Assembly (NCBI GenBank): GCA_040235515.1
Contig: JBECKX010000133.1
Span: 1 to 14,661, forward strand
Length of the DNA: 14,661 nucleotides
Direction of reading: 5' to 3'
Source of the DNA: Candidatus Zixiibacteriota bacterium
Lineage (GTDB): Bacteria; Zixibacteria; MSB-5A5; CAIYYT01
Numbering within the stretch: position 1 is the stretch's first letter; each line of letters opens with the position of its first letter. The notes under the pieces were generated by a model. The model made no database searches, was not told the origin of the DNA, and was given only the letters and a program-made list of their open reading frames with translations. This document shows positions 7,726-14,661 of this stretch, piece by piece. The position numbers and the translations under genes are program-made.

Positions 7726-9005
7726 TGCGTTGTTTCATAGCGATTGCGTCGGTCTGCCTGCTGATCGTTCTCGCTCCGGTCGTTGACCTGCAGGCTCAGG
7801 GGGAAACAGGGGAATTCGTCTCCGAATCTTCAGCGGGCTCAGCATTTGGTGTCGGCGGTCGTGCCGTCGGTATGAGCGAAGCGGTGATTGTCTCGGTCAA
7901 GGATGGTTTCGCGATCGTCTACAATCCGGCGGCCCTGGTCAAGATCAAGCGCCCGGAGTTCCTTGGCGCCCTCTCGTACGAAAAACTGAACAACGAAACA
8001 GCCGCCGGAACACCCTTTGAAGGTGTATCGGTCGCCAACAATGATCTCAGCAAGACGCGACTATCATCATTAACCTTGAGTGTGCCGGTCCCCACTTATC
8101 GAGGCTCGTTCGTTCTGGCTTTCGGAGTCAACCGGACCCATTCGTTTGACAACACCTTCACCATGTACAGCATGGTGCCCAATTCCAGTTCGCGCGGCTT
8201 GGAAGAGGTTGGTGGCAGTATCCGCGAGTATGCCGGCGCGGCTGCAATCGAACTCTCCCCGCGACTTGCTGTCGGCATCACCTTGATCTACTTCCGAGGC
8301 GGCGAAGACTATTTCTGGAACTTCAGAGGAGACTTCACGGCGCCAACTGAGACACTGGAATATATTGATAATATCAAGAGTGACTACAGCGGGGTCGGGG
8401 CGCGTCTCGGCTCACGCTTCGAGTTGAATCGCAACTTTGCCCTCGGCTTCACCCTCGACACTCCGGTGAAGTATAAGATCGAGCAGGACTATGTCTTCAC
8501 TACGATCGAAAACGGCGATACCGACATCGATCAGGGCGCATACGAGTATCACCTGACTCATCCACTCTCAATGTCGGGTGGCGCATCGTTTCAGACACGT
8601 ACATTCGTGATTGAAGTGGATGTCAGGTATACCGATTGGTCGCAACTGAAGTACGACTTTGATGACGACCCCTTCCTCTTGCAGGATAACCTCTCGCTGC
8701 AACGCAGCTACGATGATGCCCTCAGCGTGATGGTTGGTGCGGAGTACATTATTCCGCAGTATGATCTCGTGTTACGCGGCGGTTTCAAGCATGATCCCCT
8801 GCCCTTCAGTAATGCTTTCGCCGTCAATCAAATCGAGCAGGATCGCAACTCCTTCTCCTTCGGCTTCAGCTACCTGATTGACCGCGTGGCGATGCTTGAT
8901 ATCGGCTACGCTCGCGCCAGCTACGAGTTGGTGGATGCCGTCAGCCAGCTCGTCCAGAAATACACATCCGACAAAGTTATGGTGTCGGTGGGGTATCGGA
9001 TCTAG
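7725..9005 (+). CDS. OmpP1/FadL/TodX-family (PorV-like fold) outer-membrane beta-barrel protein
   Basis: Signal peptide, N-terminal signature GVGGRAVGMSEA...DGFAIVYNPAAL, YTDWSQ, GAEY..LRGG and a C-terminal beta-signal VMVSVGYRI. Confidence 0.85.
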   Translation: MRCFIAIASVCLLIVLAPVVDLQAQGETGEFVSESSAGSAFGVGGRAVGMSEAVIVSVKDGFAIVYNPAALVKIKRPEFLGALSYEKLNNETAAGTPFEGVSVANNDLSKTRLSSLTLSVPVPTYRGSFVLAFGVNRTHSFDNTFTMYSMVPNSSSRGLEEVGGSIREYAGAAAIELSPRLAVGITLIYFRGGEDYFWNFRGDFTAPTETLEYIDNIKSDYSGVGARLGSRFELNRNFALGFTLDTPVKYKIEQDYVFTTIENGDTDIDQGAYEYHLTHPLSMSGGASFQTRTFVIEVDVRYTDWSQLKYDFDDDPFLLQDNLSLQRSYDDALSVMVGAEYIIPQYDLVLRGGFKHDPLPFSNAFAVNQIEQDRNSFSFGFSYLIDRVAMLDIGYARASYELVDAVSQLVQKYTSDKVMVSVGYRI

Positions 9006-9055
9006 GGTATAGCACCCCCCGCCAGTTAAGTTCACACTGAGCGTTAGCTTCCAAA

Positions 9056-9115
9056 CTCACCTCTTGAGAGGGGTGGACTCGATTCGAGCCTGCGAGAAGC
9101 GAGGACGGGGTGTGT
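9056..9115. repeat. REP-like palindromic intergenic element between convergent genes
   Basis: CCTCT-TG-AGAGG palindrome, an imperfect CTCGATTC...GAAGCGAG stem and a GGGGTGTGT end. Single copy in this window, so repeat status is inferred. Confidence 0.4.
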
Positions 9116-9165
9116 ATCTGACTATCCGGAGAATGCCATTCGCCCCTAGAACGTGAACCGACGAA

Positions 9166-9945
9166 CTACTCCCCCGGGAAGAACCGCGCCCACCGGTCAA
9201 ATAGTTCTTCGAGGAAATCCCCCATCCGCTGCTTGATCTTGGCCGCCAGTTCTCTCCCCTTCTCAGGATCAAAGTCAGGCGCGCCCCTCCCCTCTTTGTC
9301 ATACAACAACACCGAACCCGGAATCGGATAGACATCCACACCATCGACAAACCGATAGGCCATCTCCGGCTCGTAGGCGTCTTTGTCGCCCAACTTCGGA
9401 TCGAGCGACATCACATAGCCGGTCTCATCGAGTCCCGCATGCCCACCGGGACTGCCATAAACTTCTTCGGTGATATCGGCACACATCATCCACCAGCTCA
9501 CCACCGCAGTCTTGATCTTGAAGCGCATGTAGGCTTCGTGCGCAACCTGCTTCAGTGCACTGTTGTTGCCGCCGTGACCATTAACGATGATGCAGCGTTT
9601 GAAACCTTTGTCAGCCAATGACTCGACAATGTCAAGCATATAGGCGATGAAGTTTTCCGGCTTGATGGTTATCGATCCGGCATATCCGTACAACGACTTC
9701 GTGATGCCATAATGCACGCACGGCGCTGTGATCGCGTCGAAGCGGTCTCGCAGGTAATCGGCTATGTCAGTCGGGATATAGTTATCGGTACCGATGCAGG
9801 ACGAGCCATGAGCTTCAATAGTACCGACCGGGAGAAAGACCAGATCGATCTTTCGAGGCACAAGCTCCTGCACCTTGCGCCAGGTCATTTCCTCAAGTAG
9901 ATAACCGGCCACTGGAGTTGAATCCCTCTTATCAGGCTTCCTCAT
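9166..9945 (-). CDS. Creatininase/creatinine amidohydrolase family protein
   Basis: LEEMTW, LPVGTIEAHG...IGTD, VNGHGGN and HAGLDET metal-binding motifs. Confidence 0.92.
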   Translation of the reverse strand: MRKPDKRDSTPVAGYLLEEMTWRKVQELVPRKIDLVFLPVGTIEAHGSSCIGTDNYIPTDIADYLRDRFDAITAPCVHYGITKSLYGYAGSITIKPENFIAYMLDIVESLADKGFKRCIIVNGHGGNNSALKQVAHEAYMRFKIKTAVVSWWMMCADITEEVYGSPGGHAGLDETGYVMSLDPKLGDKDAYEPEMAYRFVDGVDVYPIPGSVLLYDKEGRGAPDFDPEKGRELAAKIKQRMGDFLEELFDRWARFFPGE

Positions 9946-10702
9946 CGGAGAAGCGCTCTAGCAGCGACTCCAATGCTGTCTCGGTCTGTTTGGCTGAGAT
10001 TTCATCACCGATGATGCGGAATGCGTTGATGTCACGCGCGAGGAACTCGAGATCACCCGGTTGCCGCAGGTCATACCATAACTCAAGCTCTTCCCAGTTG
10101 AACTTGTGCTCTCGCGCAACCTCGACGACACGTTTGTAGATATCATCGTTCATCGACCAGTCGATTTCGTCAAAGATCTCCGGCACCAGTTTTCGCATGC
10201 CGAGAAGATAATATGAACCCTCGAGCGTGGGGCCAAACACGATATCTCTCGCGTTCAAGCCGCGAAACGCATCATGGAGCATCCGCTTGCTGATCGTTGG
10301 TGTGACGCAATCGATCAACACCACACGTTCGTGTCCGGCGTCGAAGCACTTGGCGAACGTCGTGCGGAAATTCGTCGAGTTGGTTGATTCGGGATGTGGC
10401 CAGAAGTCAACACCATGATTCTTCAACTGCGCCAGCGCTTCACCCTTCAACGTAGATTCCAGGTTTGCGATTGCCCCGGCGACGATCTTCTTTACCGAAT
10501 CGGAGGCGTACGAGACAATCAGGCTGCAACTCTCCATCCCCAGGCAGGCAGCTATGGTGTCTTCGACGAATGCCCTGTATAATGAATCTTTGTCGTTGGT
10601 ATCGAGTGCGTCGGTGAATTGCGATTGGACTCTCAGGCGGTTGCTGTCTTCAAGATAAATAACCAGGGCGTCGCGATGGCTATTCTGTTTTTGCTTCGGC
10701 AT
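9932..10702 (-). CDS. DUF2064/TIGR04282-like (CofC-related GT-A fold) protein with degenerate motifs
   Basis: LYRAFVEDT, VVLIDCVTP, VFGPTLEGSYYLLGM, IFDEIDWS and LWYDLRQPGDL line up with the family motif order. Overlaps the creatininase gene by 14 nt. Confidence 0.8.
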   Translation of the reverse strand: MPKQKQNSHRDALVIYLEDSNRLRVQSQFTDALDTNDKDSLYRAFVEDTIAACLGMESCSLIVSYASDSVKKIVAGAIANLESTLKGEALAQLKNHGVDFWPHPESTNSTNFRTTFAKCFDAGHERVVLIDCVTPTISKRMLHDAFRGLNARDIVFGPTLEGSYYLLGMRKLVPEIFDEIDWSMNDDIYKRVVEVAREHKFNWEELELWYDLRQPGDLEFLARDINAFRIIGDEISAKQTETALESLLERFSDEEA

Positions 10703-10743
10703 AAAGCTTCTAGGCCCTCTGATTCATTGCTCCTGAGTGTAGG

Positions 10744-10771
10744 AATATAGAAGTGGCCTTAGAGAAAACAA
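10744..10771 (-). promoter_or_regulatory. Putative sigma70-type promoter for the DUF2064-creatininase pair
   Basis: TTGTTT-N16-TATATT on the minus strand, with the -10 about 40 nt upstream of ATG 10702. Confidence 0.4.
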
Positions 10772-10906
10772 GCGGAAAACACCGGAATATTCCACCAGTC
10801 CAACTAGTTTTCCCTTGACTGATGAAGGGTGATGGTTGAGGTGGTGGAGTCGACTGAGGGTGCGGTTTTCAGTGGTCGTTGGTCGAAGCCGGGACGTGGC
10901 TGCGGA

Positions 10907-12853
10907 TTAAAGCAGTTGCCTCATGTGCGACATCATCTCGTCAGGCTCAACCACTCCTTGCAGGATCTTCTTTACGTTACCATCCGAGTCAAGTAGTAGA
11001 GTTGTTGGAAGTGAATAGTGTCGCAAACCGAACCGTTGCATGAACTCCCTGGTGATCGGCGTGTCGGAACTCTCCAGTTGTACTTTGATCGGAATGAAGT
11101 TGGTGGCCAGGGCCGCAACTTCGGGATGATGGAACGTCTTCTTGTCGAGCACGCGGCAGTTAGCGCACCAGGTTGCCCAGGTATCGATCAGCACCGGTTT
11201 TCCCTCTGCTTTCGCCTGCTGCAACCCTCTCTCCAGTTCGGTTCCCCACTTGATCGGTGATTCCTCCCTTTGCGTCGCCGCGTTACCACCGGAAAGAGGC
11301 AACCACTCATTGGCCGGCGGGAGAATGAACCCCTGCATCAGAATCGTACCGCCAATCAGGTAGATACCAATGATGAAGGCAACCACGCCAACCAGTTTCT
11401 TGAGCCGCAGGAAGAAGCCTGATTCTGCGGTCAGCCTGTCCAACCCGCCACCGAAGACGCCGAACGCCAGCAGCAGTGCTCCGGTCAGGATCGCTGTCAA
11501 CTCAGTTGATATCAGGGTACGCAGGAAGAAGATCGCCATCAGGAGCAGGACAAATCCAAAGAACTTCTTCACCTGTTCCATCCAACCACCTGCACCGGGA
11601 AGCTTTGAAATCGCGGAGGAGAAGGTTCCGATGATCAGGTAGAGCGTACCAAGTCCCAAAGCGAACACGAACAGCACCAGGAATCCTACCACCGGTGAAC
11701 CACTTGTGGCGACATACAGAAGTATCCCCGCCACGAACGGCCCAACGCATGGCGACACGACCAATGCCGCTATCACACCAAGGAGCAGCGCGCCGCCGAT
11801 GCCGCCACCGCCTGCTTTACCGCCAAGCTTGTTGCGCAGCGCCGCCGGAACCTGCAACTCATAAAGGCCAAACATCGAGAGTGAAAAGATCACGAACACG
11901 ATGACGATACCGATAACCACCGGTGGACTTGCAAGCCAGGCGCCGAATACGCCCCCCACCAGCGACACGATCAGCCCCATAATTCCATACACAAAAGCCA
12001 TCGATCCGACATAGACCAGTGAGAGCATAAACCCGCGGCCAAAGCTGCGTTCCTGCCCCGCGAAGATACTGACCGTGATCGGTATCATCGGGTAGGTGCA
12101 TGGTGAGAACGACAGCAGAACACCCGTTATGAAGGCCAACCCGAGTGCGAGGAAATATCCCCAGAACCCATGCTCCGCGATCAGGCGCTCGAGATCCGAC
12201 TGCTCCTGTACGCCGGTTTCAGCGGAAAACTGCTCGGAGGGACTTGCGTGTTGCGCGGCCTGAGTCGTTGCCCGTCGCGGGAAGTACCTCTCGTTCGCAG
12301 CGCTTCCACCCTCTCCAATCGTAATCGCGATGTTAGCGGCCACGGTCTGCGGCGAGCGGCATTCACGGTCGTTGCAGGGTTGATAGGTCATTCGTACCGG
12401 CAGTTCATATTCCCCCGGCAAAGCAGAAGCTGAGATGCTCACTTCAAACGGAATGACTACTTCACCCTCGTAGACAGACATCTTGTCGCCCGCAAGCTGC
12501 GCATCGTGTCCTGCCGGGTAAGCCAGCGCCGACGGCGTAATCCCCGGAATCGTATCGAACGCCACCTTCGCAGCTATCAGGAACGATTGGTAAGGCTTGT
12601 GGGAGTTGATATGCCAACCATGAGATATCTTTGCGACCACTGCTGCCTTGTGCGTCGAGCCCGGTTCTGCAGCTGTCGTCGAAAACACACCCTTCACGTC
12701 CACCAGGGGAGCATCGATGTCAGCGTGAATATCCGAGAGATTGAATGACTCCTGCGCAGGTGCTGCCGCAGGCAAGAGCAGCAGGAGCGTGAGTAAGGCG
12801 ATCAAGTTCGGGAGTGATTTGGTGAATCTCGAGAGGTGGTGGAGTGTCTTCAT
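10907..12853 (-). CDS. dsbD: Thiol:disulfide interchange protein DsbD (three-domain)
   Basis: Signal peptide; N-domain GWHINS...YQPCNDREC; TM domain with SFSPCTYPMIPI and VVSPCVGP; PGAGGWMEQVK; C-terminal thioredoxin WATWCANC. Confidence 0.92.
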   Translation of the reverse strand: MKTLHHLSRFTKSLPNLIALLTLLLLLPAAAPAQESFNLSDIHADIDAPLVDVKGVFSTTAAEPGSTHKAAVVAKISHGWHINSHKPYQSFLIAAKVAFDTIPGITPSALAYPAGHDAQLAGDKMSVYEGEVVIPFEVSISASALPGEYELPVRMTYQPCNDRECRSPQTVAANIAITIGEGGSAANERYFPRRATTQAAQHASPSEQFSAETGVQEQSDLERLIAEHGFWGYFLALGLAFITGVLLSFSPCTYPMIPITVSIFAGQERSFGRGFMLSLVYVGSMAFVYGIMGLIVSLVGGVFGAWLASPPVVIGIVIVFVIFSLSMFGLYELQVPAALRNKLGGKAGGGGIGGALLLGVIAALVVSPCVGPFVAGILLYVATSGSPVVGFLVLFVFALGLGTLYLIIGTFSSAISKLPGAGGWMEQVKKFFGFVLLLMAIFFLRTLISTELTAILTGALLLAFGVFGGGLDRLTAESGFFLRLKKLVGVVAFIIGIYLIGGTILMQGFILPPANEWLPLSGGNAATQREESPIKWGTELERGLQQAKAEGKPVLIDTWATWCANCRVLDKKTFHHPEVAALATNFIPIKVQLESSDTPITREFMQRFGLRHYSLPTTLLLDSDGNVKKILQGVVEPDEMMSHMRQLL

Positions 12854-12952
12854 TGCTGGAACTACAACCCTTGCATAACCTGGTTCATTGTTGAAGCGGC
12901 TCGTGCCTCGCGCACAGCCTCACTTCTTCATACACATGAGCGAGCCCACCGA

Positions 12953-14005
12953 CTATTCGGGAGTTTTTTCGGTGGCTGCCTCTTCGAGCTTTTGAACCAA
13001 CTTATCGAAGTCAATGTTCCGCGCAATTTCTTTTGCCAGACTCTCAGCGAACGAACGGACAAATTCCGTTTTTATATCTGTCGACTGAGCGCCGCCTCCG
13101 GACTTCGCGCCGGCCGGCATTGCAGCCTGGTTGTCCAAGTCTTCCTGAAGCTTTTCGATGTAGATCTTCGACTTGGTATCAGCATCAGTCTGCCGCATCT
13201 TGTTGAGTTGACCCGTGGTAATCTTGGAAGTACCGATCTCCTCAATCTGGAACTTCCCGGTCACACCCGCGATCGTCAAGTCTTCGCCAGCGGGTGTTGC
13301 ACTGGATGGCGTCGGCTCCGGGGTCGCGCCCGGCTCTGCAGAATCCTGTCGCATCTCATTGATGAACCAGTCGTAGTCATGCGGAGATTCGCTCTCCTCC
13401 GAACGTGGTTCGGGCTGATGCGACTCAAGATCGTACTGATCCTCGGAAAGATCGAGTTTATCCAGCGTCGGTCCCGATGGCTCCTTCTCGGGCTCATCTG
13501 TGGTAGACTGCTTTAACATGCTTAGAAATATCTTATCGGTTGCGCTTGAGATTTTCTTTTCAAAACTTTGCTCATCATCGGTCAGGATGCTCTCAATATC
13601 GACTTCCTCATCCTGCGGTTCCGACGCCTGCGCGCGCTTCAGTAGCTGATCGATCTTATAAAGCAGCTCCTGAGGAGAAAATGGCTTGGTGAGCGTGTCG
13701 TCGGGACTCAACTCAACCAGCTCCTTGGTGTCGGTCAGTTCGGAACTGCCAAGCAACAACAGCACTTGCAGTTTCGCCGTAGTCGGATCTTTCTTCAACT
13801 CCTGCAGAATGAAATACCCACTGCAATTGTCGGTGGCTGTTGCGATAACAGCCAGATCGTACGCACCCCGCTTCAGTTCCTCCAGTGCCTTGGTGCCGTC
13901 CTGGAGCAGCGTCGCATCATATCCGTGCTGGGTGAGTAGTTTGCGACACACAGAGATGATCGTCTCTGATGCATCCGCAACGAGGATTTTCTTACGTGAG
14001 GTCAT
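12953..14005 (-). CDS. Atypical response-regulator receiver protein with an acidic linker and C-terminal helical domain (RomR-like architecture)
   Basis: Receiver fold KILVADAS...YDLAVIA...LTKPFSPQEL with no recognisable output domain. The start overlaps the rhomboid stop (ATGA). Confidence 0.8.
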   Translation of the reverse strand: MTSRKKILVADASETIISVCRKLLTQHGYDATLLQDGTKALEELKRGAYDLAVIATATDNCSGYFILQELKKDPTTAKLQVLLLLGSSELTDTKELVELSPDDTLTKPFSPQELLYKIDQLLKRAQASEPQDEEVDIESILTDDEQSFEKKISSATDKIFLSMLKQSTTDEPEKEPSGPTLDKLDLSEDQYDLESHQPEPRSEESESPHDYDWFINEMRQDSAEPGATPEPTPSSATPAGEDLTIAGVTGKFQIEEIGTSKITTGQLNKMRQTDADTKSKIYIEKLQEDLDNQAAMPAGAKSGGGAQSTDIKTEFVRSFAESLAKEIARNIDFDKLVQKLEEAATEKTPE

Positions 14006-14661
14006 TTCTGCTTATCAGAGAGTTTCTTGGCGGCGCTTTCCAGAATCCGCTTCTCCCGATCAGTCAGGTTCTCATAACCCCCAACCTCATTGATCCGATC
14101 GAGAATCTTGTCGACTTCATCCATTAATTCGGCACTTTTGCGGTTCTGCTGCATGATTTTCTCGGCTTTTCTTTTCCGCCTGAAGAGCTTAAACCGCTTG
14201 AAAAATGAGAAAAACGAGCCGAAACGCCAATCCTGCTTCAGGTAGACATAGCCAATCAGAGCGCCACCCAGATGGGTGAAGTGTGCGATACCATCTCCAC
14301 GATTCGACCAGGCTGCTATTATGCCGAAAGCGATCATGATCGTCACCAGCCACTTGGCCTTGATCGGGATAAAAAACGGAAACATCAATATCTCGCGATT
14401 CGGGTAGGTCATCGCGAAGGCCACGAGCACTCCGAAAATCGCACCTGAAGCACCGATTGTCGGTACACTGCTGTAGATCTGGAGGAAGAAAGTAATAATG
14501 CCGGCGCCGATTCCCGTAATGAAATAGAACTTCAGGAAATAGCGGGTACCCCACTGCCGCTCCAGGTCACTCCCGAACATCCAGAGGGCGAACATATTGA
14601 AAAATATGTGGAAGAAGCCGCCATGCAGGAACATGTAGGTGGCCAACTGCCACACCGACAG
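14002..14661 (-). CDS. Rhomboid-family intramembrane serine protease with a C-terminal DUF6576-like domain, partial (start lies beyond the right edge)
   Basis: WQLATYMFLHGG..HIFFNM, catalytic GASG, AHFTHLGG and tail EVDKILDRINEVGGYENLTDREKRIL. The frame is open to 14661. Confidence 0.93.
   Translation of the reverse strand: MSVWQLATYMFLHGGFFHIFFNMFALWMFGSDLERQWGTRYFLKFYFITGIGAGIITFFLQIYSSVPTIGASGAIFGVLVAFAMTYPNREILMFPFFIPIKAKWLVTIMIAFGIIAAWSNRGDGIAHFTHLGGALIGYVYLKQDWRFGSFFSFFKRFKLFRRKRKAEKIMQQNRKSAELMDEVDKILDRINEVGGYENLTDREKRILESAAKKLSDKQK

Noticed and set aside
9166..10702. Mycofactocin-like or arsenosugar/rSAM-selenodomain cluster
   Set aside because: No precursor peptide, radical SAM gene or partner glycosyltransferase is present in the window.
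12855..12890. Possible ECF-type promoter (TGAACC...GTTGTAG) before dsbD
   Set aside because: The spacing and -10 element do not fit an ECF consensus convincingly.
12836..14093. Plus-strand ORFs 12836-13516 and 13686-14093
   Set aside because: They are antisense shadows of the receiver-domain gene.

Overview
This looks like an ordinary chromosomal segment, moderately GC-rich, from a diderm bacterium. The gene types suggest an FCB-group organism such as Zixibacteria, which is inference only. There are no rRNA, tRNA, CRISPR, transposase or phage genes. Left to right: (-) a 3'-truncated tamB-like gene of at least 995 codons that the ORF track missed, translationally coupled to an AhpD/CMD-family gene; (-) an ECF sigma factor and zf-HC2 anti-sigma pair ending in an intrinsic terminator; (+) a nitroreductase; (+) a three-gene outer-membrane cluster (YjbH-like barrel, CxxCH- and Tyr/Trp-rich lipoprotein, OmpP1/FadL-type barrel); a REP-like palindromic element; (-) a creatininase-family gene and a degenerate DUF2064 gene; (-) dsbD, an atypical RomR-like pseudo-receiver protein and a 5'-truncated rhomboid protease. 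The best candidate for an undescribed system is the barrel/heme-motif lipoprotein/barrel cluster. It and the ECF sigma operon each follow a sigma54-type (-24/-12) promoter, the two promoters face outward around the nitroreductase, an NtrC-like GCAC-N7-GTGC palindrome lies between them, and both share the 11-mer ATGGAATGGAG at their ribosome-binding sites. All family calls come from motif recognition by eye; no searches were run.
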